NCBI GenBank assembly: GCA_964016885.1
Contig: OZ024742.1
Coordinates: 325,004,001 to 325,068,000, forward strand
Origin: Eledone cirrhosa
Taxonomy: Eukaryota
Direction: 5' to 3'
DNA: 64,000 bases
This document shows, piece by piece, positions 50,795 through 64,000 of this stretch; positions within the stretch are counted from its first letter, which is position 1, and every line of letters begins with the position of its first letter. Position numbers and translations under genes: made by a program. Under the pieces are notes generated by a model. That model worked only from the letters and a program-made list of their open reading frames with translations, had not been told where the DNA came from and searched no databases.

Positions 50795-50935
50795 TACAGT
50801 TTATGTCTATCAAATTCCATTCACAAAGTATTGGTAAATCCGGAGACACAGTAGCATGCATTTAACTTAGTCATCGCACAGTGAAACACTTGTGAGGCGA
50901 ACCCATAATTACACAGTAAACGTGAAGTGAGCTCT
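50795..50935 (-). mobile_element. Degraded tRNA-derived SINE (second family)
   Basis: cagttt..tctatcaaattcc..tcacaa..ttggt pattern, recalled as an octopus SINE. Related decayed pieces near 39190, 52130 and 59050. Confidence 0.4.
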
Positions 50936-51534
50936 TATTTTGGGGTATTTTTTTATATTACTTTCACTAATAATGTATCCAAATTACACTAAAGTCTCTT
51001 ATAAATGCATTCGTCCAGGGTGTAATGCATATGGAAACAACAATTAACGTTTTGGTACATGAGTCTAGAGCATTTTATGGGTATAAGTGCACAGACCGTT
51101 TCATTAATGAATAATGTTATTATAAAGGAATCTTGTACATGTTCATTAGTCTTATACGTGTTTCAATAAATGAAAATCGAAGAGTATGGTGAATAACAAA
51201 TTTCATTAAGATGCCTTGTAATAAATTAAAATAGCAAGATTTGAGCTGAAAAAGAAAACACGAGGCTCACAGGAACATTTCGAAGGTTTTCCAAAGTGAT
51301 ACCTTCTCCAAAAATCTATGTGTGTTTAATATCTTTGACGTTACAAAGGAGATTTAGAATTATCTGGTAAGCTGTATTTTTTTTACCGTTTTTAGGCTCT
51401 CACTTTTAATTGATTTACTTTTATATAGTGTACTGCAGCTTTTTGAAATTTTCCATTTGTATGTATGTACGTGCCTACCTATGTATGTATAGATGTATGT
51501 ATGCATGTAATATATGTGTACACACACACACACA

Positions 51535-51622
<88 letters not shown>

Positions 51623-52907
51623 TATAAGTATACAAACACACACACTTGTATATATGTGTTCATATTTTTAGATAACAGATGAAAGATAATTTGCAGTTTA
51701 ATTGCTGCAGGATGTGCAGCTATTATATATTGTATACTGTAATGTTAAACATATCAGGATGGCCACTCGATTTGGATTGTCGAGAAGAAATAACCTCATT
51801 TTTGAAGTTAACAAATCCATACGAAGTTTACTCAACAAGGCAATAAGTTCCCTATCTTAATGCAACGATAATGATGATGATGAAAATGATGATGATGATG
51901 GTGGTGATTTTGATGATGATGTTGATGATGATGTTTATGATGATGATGATGATGATGGTGGACCCTACTTTGTTTTAGACGATGGAAGGCTGTTCGACGA
52001 AATGAATACCCTTAATCTGTAAATACTAGAATATTACCCAACACACATCCTAATTCCAAGCCGAATCAACATATCAAAATTAGACCGTTATAAATACAAA
52101 TTATAAATTTCACCCGACGGGTTCCATATAGTTTCATAATTCCTCTGATAAGGCATGGCTCAATCAGAGGCTATGTTAAAGACAAGTGTGCAACATGATT
52201 GCAGAGCTGACCTCTTAACCACGCAGACATATCTGCATCCTGACTATAACACATTCCATAAGACCATAGTATAGATTACAGAAAAATAACATGACTTTCA
52301 CTGGAATAACAAACTAATTTAAAATAAATGTTTCTGTTTCTTTTATCAAACATATTTGTTACCTAGCAACACTCCCTCAAAAGAAAGTTTGATTAGCAAC
52401 ACATCACCTATTACTTTCTTGACAAGAAAGAAAAATTCTCCGTAGTCGTATTATTGCTTTAGATCTATTCTTGTCTAACATAGATGGAAGGAACATAATC
52501 ATCAATAGAAACCTGAAAATATTTCATTTTGAAAGATCTATAAAAAGTAAAATGTCAAAATGAGATAACAACAATAATTACCAATCGATGAGTCAAGAAT
52601 GCATTGCAACAGAAGAAACTAACGGAAATCATATATTAAATGTATCGTTGAACAATGACTGCTAGTAAATTTCATTCAGAAATACAATAAAATACATAAA
52701 AGAACTCAATAACGCAATCACACGTCGATATATGCTTGCCCGTGTAAATAGATATTGAGCCATAAACACACTCATGTGCACATGTGCACGACTGGGGATT
52801 GTGGGTCATTGAGTTCATAAATATAAACAGGTTGGCACAGAGACACGGGCACAGCGTCACGGACATGCACACCCACACACCCATACACACGCGCGCGCGT
52901 ACACACA

Positions 52908-52966
<59 letters not shown>

Positions 52967-52967
<1 letters not shown>

Positions 52968-53056
52968 ACAAAGAAAGTGTGGTAAGAAACCAGCTGGACC
53001 ATAACGCAGCAGAGTACTCGAGACTTAGGGACAGCCGTCGGGGTCCAGATTCTTTT

Positions 53057-53060
<4 letters not shown>
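52967..53060 (-). mobile_element. PLE family F3 terminal fragment(s) in (TA)n
   Basis: gtggtaagaaaccagctggaccataacgcagcagagtactcga is the reverse complement of the family end, followed by a short inverted gccgtcgggg piece. Confidence 0.75.
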
Positions 53061-53101
<41 letters not shown>

Positions 53102-53171
53102 GTGTGAGAGAGAGAGTGAGAGAGAGTGTGTGAGTGTGTGTATATCAATACTCTCTCATACACACACACAC

Positions 53172-53232
<61 letters not shown>

Positions 53233-54385
53233 CTTAGGAAGCTGGTGGAAAGCTATCGGTATAGCTTCGGTGGTCACTTACACACCGATATAAGTGTTGT
53301 GGTATCGAATCCGTACAGCCGTGACTGCTATATAATCACTCAAACATTTTATAAGAATCGTATGCTAGAAATAACAAATTATAATTTAGACTGCACTGAA
53401 TTTCGTTAATTAGTAAATAAATGGCTATGTATGGGTAATTAAGTCCAAGAAATATAGGAGCTGGTGCAGTAATGAGCCAGCGCAAGCATTCGGTAATCAG
53501 AAGAATGGAGGTAAGATTGAAAGCCAAATTCGTTATCTGTACTTCGGTACTCGTGCCCACCCTTACCTATGATCAAGTAAATTTGAAATGTGAAATCGTT
53601 AACGTGTGAAATCGTTCGTATGTTATAGCAGAACTATTGTATTATGTGGTGGAATATAATTTAGAGATGGTAATATTTATTAAGCTTTGGAGTAGACCAG
53701 ATTAAAAAGTGTATTTTATTATGGAAGTGTAGAAAGAGAAAGAGTAACAAAAGATATAAAAAAGATATAACGGAAGCATATGAATAAAAGTAATGTGGGT
53801 ATAAACACATTGAATTTGTTTGGTATTACCACATAGCAAGCTGTTACACTTTGAGATGGAAGCAGCTACTAAAAGTCTTGCTCTTTGAGTTTAAATAAAT
53901 ATTGTTCGGAGATGACAAACCTCGTAATATTCTAAATTTCTCACTCTGACTTTGAGATTAAAAATTACTGCAAAGAATATAACTGACATTAATTAGAGCT
54001 TCTATTTGTAGGATTAAAGAGAATTACCCTCTCCTTTGTGTAAAGAGATTTACACACAGCGACACAGAAAATTCTGGAGTTAGCGAAAGATATGCCGGGA
54101 TAATGCAAGATCGTTGTAAACAAAATTTTACACACATCTCTATGCTTTAGGAATCCTGATAGAAGAAGCAGTTCAGCCCTGGCGAAAAGGGTCTGGCAAT
54201 TGAAGGGACAAGAAGTCATACATAAGATTACGTGAAAAATACTTTAAAAAACAAGAACTTACACAAATGTAATTTCTGACTGAAAAAGGGTCGCAAACTT
54301 GATGCCTCTTATATTATGGAGTTATGGTCAAATTTGGGCCTTGTATCCTTGGGTAGAGATTTTTTACAGTGTATAAACACAAATA

Positions 54386-54432
<47 letters not shown>

Positions 54433-54586
54433 ATATAGAAATGGTTTCTACGGGACTAGAACTGTCTCATTTGAAGGAAATCATCATGCATATTATATAT
54501 ATATATATACCACACACTCCTGCACGCACCCCCATATCTATGTAGTGTTGCAAATTGTGTAAACACTCAGTCTGAGGGAGGCGTTG

Positions 54587-54650
<64 letters not shown>

Positions 54651-54858
54651 TTAGATATATACAAATATAGATATGTATTTATTTACGCAATCTAAGGATC
54701 GCTAACTTATATTGTTTCAGCCTATGTAAATATACAGTATATATATATAGCTTTGTACCTGCTGATATTGGTAGTACACATATTTACGTGTATGGGTGTT
54801 TGTATAACTAAGAATAAAACTAAGAAAATATGCAGGGATTTACAACGAGATTCTCTGT

Positions 54859-54995
<137 letters not shown>

Positions 54996-55385
54996 TTATG
55001 CATGCATACGCATATTATGTATGATATACTCAAACATACATATTTACATATACACCTAGCTATATGTAGTTTGAAATATCGATTACTAGAACTTGCATTT
55101 ATGATATAACAACTTGTTTACGTAATTTAAATACTGTCTATGGAATGTAATCATAATTTTTACGAAGTCATAAAGCAAGTTATGTGTCTGCCTCCGTCGG
55201 AACTCTAGGCAACATTGATACATGATTATGGACACGAATGATCAGGTTTCTTATTCAGAAACATTTGCAGCAGACTTGAAATAAGGTCACACACACATAA
55301 AAAATCAAAAAAATCATTTTGCATTCTATATTAACTTTATATCTTTCGTCAGATTATATATTTTCATATATATATATATATATAT

Positions 55386-55593
55386 AGGAAAAGAAACAGG
55401 ACCCCTACAGCTGAGCTCCGGCCGTTTCGACTGCTAGATCTGAACTCAGATCTAGCTGTCAAAACGGCCGGAGGCCAGCCGTCGGGGTCCTGACTCTTTT
55501 CCTCTGACCCACATTACTAAGTATCGAGTACCTTAAGTATCGAGTACTCTGCTGCGTTATGGTCCACCTGGTTCCTTCCAACACTTCCATCGT
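55386..55593 (+). mobile_element. PLE family F3 terminal fragment with inverted 5' piece
   Basis: aggaaaaga..caggacccc..ccggccgttt..ctagatctga / tcagatctag..aaacggccgg..ggggtcctg..tcttttcct. Confidence 0.75.
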
Positions 55594-55609
55594 GTATGTG
55601 TATATATAT

Positions 55610-55791
55610 ATTAGTAAAAGGAAAAGAAAATGGTGACAAATTTTCCCAGTGAAAAATAGTTTAATTAGGAATAGGTATAAATTAGTAATAAGTATTGGTT
55701 AGTATTCAGTTTTAGTTTTAATTTTTTACCGGTTGCGCATTTCTAATGCTTTTCAAAAATAATATTGAGATAGAGCGCTCGTGATGTTTGC

Positions 55792-55795
<4 letters not shown>
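55610..55795 (-). mobile_element. PLE family F1b fragment with A8 hammerhead-like motif (55724-55759)
   Basis: TTT-TTGAAAA-GCAT-TAGAA-ATGC-GCAA-CCGG-TA-AAA; sister copy at 62260-62445. Confidence 0.7.
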
Positions 55796-55847
<52 letters not shown>

Positions 55848-55914
55848 GTGAGGTTTTTTTTGTTTTGTTTTACAGAATGAAAAATAACCAAGGTATCCTA
55901 CACGAGTGAAAGTA

Positions 55915-56050
55915 TAAAGAAAAAAAGATGAAATCGAAAATGCAACTGGAGTCTTATTTAAAAAAATATATATATATTTATTTGGTTCCTTTACCGGTTT
56001 CGCAGTTCTTCTGCTTTTCATAAGTAGAGTTGAGATGGAGGGTTTGTGGG
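55915..56050 (-). mobile_element. PLE family F1 fragment with A8 hammerhead-like motif (55989-56024)
   Basis: Reverse complement of 7425-7559; core reads ATGAAAA. Confidence 0.75.
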
Positions 56051-57127
56051 TGTATTATGCATATATATATGAGTATATACATATATATATATATATTTGT
56101 TTACAAATATGGAAACGACAGAAGGATTTCCATATACATTTTAAAACTAATGTTTTATATAAATACGTTGAATAGTTATGTTGCTACTCAGAATATTACT
56201 AATGTGCAACACTGCAGGTGCACAGCTTCAGGGAATATTTAGCGAATAAAACATTCTATTAACAGAACAACAGTTATGTTGAGTCGCATTGATCAAATAA
56301 TTTTTGGAGGTCATATACTTTGCAATTCAGAAATATAATTATGGATTCCTAGATGACCTAGATTTAAGAGAAGCATTATTTCAAGTCTGTCAAAAATTTG
56401 AAGCTATTCAGCGGATATTATCACATATGTAGGGTGTGAATTTTATCGAGCATCGAGGATTTATCTCAAATGAAGACAATAGAAAATATCTTAAATAGAC
56501 CTTGAATTAACGGATATTACTGGTTTCTATCTAAATATCTGGAACTACGCTTGAGTTAGGCATTACGTGCACTCTGTTACTGCATTGTAGCGTAGAAATG
56601 TTTATTTAGGATTGCTCTTGTTATTCAAAGAGATCCAATAAGCTGTTCATGAGGTTTCCAGATGAATTGCCAAACCGGTTTTAATTTATCTCCATTCTCC
56701 CAGTGATGCCTTAGCAACGACACCGAAGCAAATATATAAGTTGTATTAGCAACCAAATACAAACAGTCTTAGCAACGATATACACACTGTCTTTTAAAAC
56801 TCTTCCTGCTTTAATTGTTTCTCCTTCAATTTTTCTTCCTCTTTGTACTATCTAATGAAGGGCGTAGCCTGAAATTATATAGATTGACTTCCTCTGATTA
56901 TAATTTCTGGACATTAAACAAGTATTCTCTAATGTTATAGTTTTCTGTCATGTTTTTGTTTTTTTAGTTTTTTTTTCTGCCTCTTCATCCACTGTGTTAA
57001 AACATGCCTATAGCTAATGATTACCACGTAAGACTACGATTTTATCCTAGATTATATTATGTTATATTATACTAATTCATATTATATTATATTAATTATA
57101 TATGTAAAGTGTATATATGTGTGTGTT

Positions 57128-57192
<65 letters not shown>

Positions 57193-57369
57193 GTGTGTGT
57201 GTGTGTGTGTATGTGTGTGTGGTGTGTCTATGTATATGGCTGTATGTATGCCTGTACGTTTTGTGTTATGTGTGCACCCATACATGTGTTTCTATATTTA
57301 CATGTGCGTTATTACTGTTATATGCTGAATGTCTGGAATGTTTTACAAGATTTTATATTTCCATTAATA

Positions 57370-57990
57370 GACTTGAATTGAGATAGTAAATTTCATATAC
57401 CAAAGTCCCAATGATAATAGGTACAAATGAAAAGGAATAGTTAGGGTGAAGTATCTGCAGATTCCTCATTAGTTCAGCTGAATTGTTCACCTTTTCGATA
57501 TTATTTAGCATGTTACTGACATCAGCTGGGCAGTGGATTATTTTCTCTATCACATATCTCTATGTCTGATCTCTTATGTTTGTATTTTATTGGGAATTTG
57601 ACTGGAACATTCCACCACTATTCTTCCATATTATGTGAGCGTTGCAGTCCATATCTCTAACTTTTTACATGTGTATCCTTAGGAATATCCCTTCTACGGA
57701 TTGCATGTTATAGAGTTTTAGTCACTAAAAATGCCTCATTGGTAGCTAGTCTCATGAAGAAATCTTTGAAGCACTGCTTCTGATCCATCCACAGGTATAT
57801 ACACAAACATAAAGCTGTTTATTTCACAGTGCCTGCACCTGATGTTACATATCTGCACTTATTTCTCAGAATCTGCCTCTCTGGCCGCATCTAGGTAATT
57901 TTGCTGTGTAATTTCCTGTTCCGCGTTTGCAAACACATGTCATTCAACGTGAGAGCCCTTATACCGGTCATATAAACTACTCTGGTTATC
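57370..57990 (-). mobile_element. Highly degenerate R4-like RLE retrotransposon remnant
   Basis: Minus strand: SHVE*HVFANAEQEI, CRHC, WWNVPVK..HKRSDI, CPADV..EK..LMRNLQILHPNYSFSFVPIIIGTL. Confidence 0.7.
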
Positions 57991-59324
57991 TCCATTACTC
58001 ACTTTGACGCTTTCTATTAATTACATTGCTTTCTATTAATTACATTTGCTGATAATCCTACAGCATTTCATCTGTTGATTGGTTGTAGTAGTGCCCCGGC
58101 TCACAGAACTGGGAATACTTCTATTCTGTGGCCAAGTATCTGTTACGTAACTAGAAGGACCCAGGATAACCAACAGTGTAACCAAGAATGAACTAACTCA
58201 AACGAAAATTGTCTCTCCTGCAACAGTCTAATTAGGGTTTTCTCCCTATTCAATAAACTACCGAAATCTGCCATGCAAAATCCAGTCAGCTCATATATAC
58301 TTCCGTTCTCACCACAGCCATACGCGGGTAGAAAATCCGTCACGTGAAACATCCGTCCTCGCGTGCTGTTTGCTAATTTGTTGTGGAACTAAATCTATAC
58401 CGAACTATACCTTTGGACTGAGTGCTCCACCAACTACCGATATAACATCCCGGGTTTTTATCACTATATATATGTATGCACATATGTTAAATGTTTGACA
58501 ACGAATTTCTCAAGAATGGCCTGATGACAGGTGTTGGTACTCTGGGAATAAGCCTAAGTGTTAATATGTATATATTACTTCCTCGTGATGTGTTGATTGC
58601 ACTTTTTTTCTATGCAAAAATTGAAATAAAAACCGGAACGATGAGATCATGCTTTACCAACATATATTACAAAAAATTACAGACAGATTGTTATTGAGAA
58701 ATTTGACACTTCTCACTTTTACTGTCTTCCTCGTATTGTGATAATTAAAATGTTTTATTTCATTTCGTTTTCATTTGCGAAATCTAACTGCTCCTTCAGA
58801 AACCATAAGGGATGAAAAAAAATGTATAGCTAAAAATATAGTGAAGGCAAGTCTAGATATCATGTCTTCAGCATTATAACAAACATAATTATTATATATA
58901 TATTTTTTCTAAGAAACCAAATATTTTATATAATCATGTTTCATATTTTTACATGGAATTTTCAATTATTATTAAAAATGTTATTAGAAAATATTGTATC
59001 AAGCCATTAGTAACATTACTTGAGTAGATTTGTAATTTTTTCTTTGATAGGCACAGGCGTGGCTGTGTGGTTAATGAGAAAGGTTTGCAACCACGTAGTT
59101 TCGGATACAGTCAAACAGAAACATGTTTCATCTTGTAACAAAGTCTGACTTCGTTTAGAATTAATTATGCATTTGCATTACGAAGAATATCCTGAACATT
59201 ATTATCTAGCGAAGTACAAGACACTGAACCTTTTGCTCCTAAATATTTTACAAAAGAAAATGAATATGGACACCTTATTATATGCTGTAAAACTTTCATT
59301 ATATCTTTTCTCTACCACTCGTAA

Positions 59325-59590
59325 TATATCAGACCTGTCAACTTACTCCGTCCGATGGGGAGATTTGACACACATTTTGCAGTGGGTGACAGATGTTTTC
59401 TCTTGCGAAAATGGGTATAGCTTTCATTATGTAAAATCTCCCCATTTTGCCTTATTTCACCCCGTTTTGGGGCACACTTTCTTTTCAAGGTACTCTCCGT
59501 ATGGGATTTTAGATGTTGAAAGTTCTTTATATATAATAAAAGGAACTGGAGATTTTCCAAAGGTATGTGTGAAAATCAGCCAGCATCAAT
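59325..59590. repeat. Unclassified dispersed repeat, copy 2
   Basis: Aligns with 40250-40430. Confidence 0.7.
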
Positions 59591-60580
59591 TCTATTATCA
59601 GGAAAATAAGCATGCCATCCAGAAAAGGAAATATCAAAACAAATAATCGGAAAACATGATGAATGTCTAGTATACATGAACCGACTGGAACAGGATATTT
59701 ACCAGGAATCTATCCAGAAATCAAAGATGACAATGAGGAAACTGTGGTAAAAGGACCTTGACATCCCTGGGAGGGAGGCTAGTCTAACAAAGAATTAAGA
59801 GCTACAGCTATTGGAAAGATTTCGCATATTCTCATCTTCAGCGAACTAAGGAAGTATCTATCGATATAGAATGCTTTGAAATTATTTGATAGTCCTTGAC
59901 CGATATTTTTCCAAACATTATGGATGGTAGGTAATACCGGATAATATCTGTAGGGGGTTTTGAAGAGTTCCGCGATGGAAGAGAAACAGTTCATTGAAAT
60001 TTAACCAATAATCTTCTCTGACCTCGTGGTTTAGATATTAATCAATTTTAGGTATTTCCACTTTCAAAGACAAATGTTTCCTGTTCTGCTTACCCAGTAA
60101 AGCAGCGTTGCTATATGGAGTAGGCAGGCAGAAATTACTGGAAAATACTTCATAAATAGATAAATGACACCGTTGAGACTTATGTAGATTATAAATAATA
60201 GACTAGCCATTATTGAAAGAGCGATTAAGCAAGACACCAGTAACACAACCACCACTAGAACCACCACCACCACCACCACCACTAGACCACCACCACCTCC
60301 ACCAATACCACCACCACCACCACCACCACCACCACCACCACCACCACCACCACCAAAAACAACAATAACAACATCAACAACGATAACAACAACAATAACA
60401 AATATCAATAATTATTATTTTTGTATCATTTATTTATTTATACTCCTGAAATGAACGGCAAGGTTACAGGGCATTCCAGAAATTCACGTTCCGTAAACGT
60501 AGTCCTCATTAAGATTGGGCGGGACACAGAATATGATATGCTGGCCCTTTGAAACACTTTTGCCAGCTGATGTACACATA

Positions 60581-60653
<73 letters not shown>

Positions 60654-60729
60654 ACACAAACACACAAACACACAAACACACACACACACAGACACAGACA
60701 CACACACACACACACACACACACATGTCA

Positions 60730-61090
60730 TAACAGAGGTCAGACGAGGTATTTATTCGAGAGTCGGGCTAGGTCGAATGACCATGGCTTCTGCACCTAGA
60801 AAGTTCCCCCGCAATGCACAAATCTTGGCAAGCCTGTTGTGTGTTAGACCATCAATCGCCCATGCGTATCAGTCTCCCCTTCAACCAGCCACCGATGTTG
60901 TCCATGGGAAAGAAAATGTTCGATAAAGCTTGACACCAGTGACGTCGCAACTCGTTTTCACAGCTGAGTGAACCGGAGTAACGTGAAATAAAGTGTTTTA
61001 CTGAAGAACACAATAGACTCTCCGGTCCGGGAACGGAACTCACAACCTCAGGATTGTAAGCCCGAAGCTATAACCACTAAGCCTTATGCC
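60730..61090 (-). mobile_element. tRNA-derived SINE (third family)
   Basis: Minus-strand head GGCTTAGTGGTTA (A-box) .. GAGTTCCGTTCCC (B-box-like), followed by cactttatttcacgtt..cactcagctg. Confidence 0.6.
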
Positions 61091-61129
61091 GTTTGACACA
61101 CACACACACAGTTAACCATACACATACAC

Positions 61130-61890
<761 letters not shown>

Positions 61891-61915
61891 TAGCTATTTC
61901 AGAGCAACAATTCAA

Positions 61916-61989
<74 letters not shown>

Positions 61990-62106
61990 TATATATATAT
62001 ATATAAAAACAAATAACGAAACGAAATTAAATTTCGTTTCGTTTGTAACTCACTTTTGTATGACTGACGCTTAAACAATTAAGTTAGTCAGTCATACAAA
62101 AGTGTG

Positions 62107-62143
<37 letters not shown>

Positions 62144-62163
62144 GTTATTCCGGGTTGAATTGT

Positions 62164-62212
62164 GATTCCTGGTGATTTCTAAAGAATGAAACAGTTCTAG
62201 TCCTGTAGAATC
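62164..62212 (+). ncRNA. Type I hammerhead motif (degraded canonical core)
   Basis: GATTC-CTGGTGA-..-GAAA-CAG..CTG-TA-GAATC; the inverted sister copy at about 54430-54490 has TGATGA. Confidence 0.55.
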
Positions 62213-62228
62213 TCATCTATATTAAAAC

Positions 62229-62259
<31 letters not shown>

Positions 62260-62445
62260 TGGTAAACGGAAAAGAAAATGCTGACAGATTATTCACAGTG
62301 AAAAATAGTTTAATTAGGAATAAGTGAAAATTAGTAATAGTAATGGTTAGTATTCAGTTTTGGTTTTAAGTTTTATCGGTTGCGCATTTCTAATGCTTTT
62401 CATAAATAATTTTGAGATAGAGCGTCCGTGATGTTTGCTCTAATC
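62260..62445 (-). mobile_element. PLE family F1b fragment with A8 hammerhead-like motif (62371-62406)
   Basis: Homologous to 55610-55795; core ATGAAAA, GCAA. Confidence 0.7.
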
Positions 62446-62694
62446 TGTATATATATATATATATATAATGTAGGAGGTGAGTTTTATTGTAGTACAATAA
62501 AGCAATGCAGATATCGGATAAGTAGATATTGGATATGTTGATTTAAAACTGCACCATTTACAAGTGTTTTTTAACCTTCATATCATGTCTCCCTATTTTA
62601 TCTGATGAAAACACAAATGTCATCGCATGATGATATTTGTTTTTGAAATGCGCATAATAAAATACATGGAACTCTTTTAACCATCTTTTGATCT

Positions 62695-62736
<42 letters not shown>

Positions 62737-62862
62737 TTATATATATATTGTGGGCATGTATGTATATATATAAACATACTACTGTACGTCTGTATACATA
62801 TATGTATGTACGTATACATACATACATACATACTTACATATATATATTTGTATATATATATA

Positions 62863-62950
<88 letters not shown>

Positions 62951-63441
62951 CACATACACATATATATGTATGGGGATGTAGATATTAAACCATTAGACTA
63001 TAAATTCAGAATTCACTGCATAAAGGTTGGCACGATTGTCCGACATTAAATTTCTCAGTTTAGATATAATGGGATAAATTATAACATCAAATTTACAATT
63101 TCATAAGATATGTTTATTCATATTGTAAGGGAAAATAATTCTTCTTCAGCTATTTACGCCCAGATAACTTCAGTTGCTATGCGATCTGAATATCCTATAA
63201 TGATGCAATTAATCAGCTGGTGATTGTAAGACCTACGCCCGGCACAAAGTCTTCCGTCATATGTCAATACTTAATGGTTTAAAGTAAAGAAATTGGCAGG
63301 TTTTTAGATGATTAAAATGTATTCCATTTTAATTTATAAATATGTAAAATGATTTTTGACTCTCTATTTATCTTTAGATATCTATCTATATATCTACACA
63401 GACACAGACACATACACACACACAGAGACACACGCACACAA

Positions 63442-63571
<130 letters not shown>

Positions 63572-63663
63572 ATGTATATTTGCATATTTATGCATATATA
63601 TGTTTGCGCGCACGTCTGCTTGTGTATATAAGTTTTTGTGTATAAATATGAATAAATAAATAA

Positions 63664-63750
<87 letters not shown>

Positions 63751-63768
63751 ATGCATATATATATATGC

Positions 63769-63831
<63 letters not shown>

Positions 63832-64000
63832 TATATATTGTTATACTTTCGGAGGGTCATGTTGCCAAATAAGAAACACACGCACCAGTTGCTTTCACTC
63901 CAATTTATTATAAATTAAATTTATAAATTTAAGAAATTTGTAAATTTCCGGTTGGTTGGTTCCACAACCGGACGGTTGTTCATATAGTGTCAACATTCTT

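Noticed and set aside
60090-60145. Possible 44-nt minus-strand microexon (ttttccag...TGG|gtaagc)
   Set aside because: Splice-like motifs alone are common, and no partner exons or recognisable peptide were found.

Overview
AT-rich, microsatellite-dense eukaryotic non-coding DNA, most likely an octopus or other coleoid cephalopod intron or intergenic region (inferred from the repeat types, not from a search). No host protein-coding gene can be supported; most ORF-track entries are translated (TA)n/(CA)n repeats. Two features dominate. (1) A 12-kb pile-up of retroelements in (AAT)n tracts (12.7-24.6 kb): an intact 1131-aa R4/Dong-type RT+RLE element, a second Dong-type family frameshifted by an apparent 2-bp deletion, a 5'-truncated copy of it, an antisense L1/Tx1 3' fragment, a SINE and a duplicated unknown module. 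(2) Many short Penelope-like element (PLE) pieces inside (TA)n tracts, often as fold-back palindromes, carrying type I hammerhead ribozyme motifs. Three apparently unrelated families, plus one degraded fourth case, share a non-canonical core (U3-A8, 'TTGANAA' instead of 'CTGANGA'); two of them show covarying stems, and one is linked to a GIY-YIG endonuclease remnant. Also present: a non-autonomous Helitron whose empty site is visible in a paralogous repeat, CRE, RTE and R4 remnants, and tRNA-derived SINEs. All structures were read by eye and repeat boundaries are approximate.
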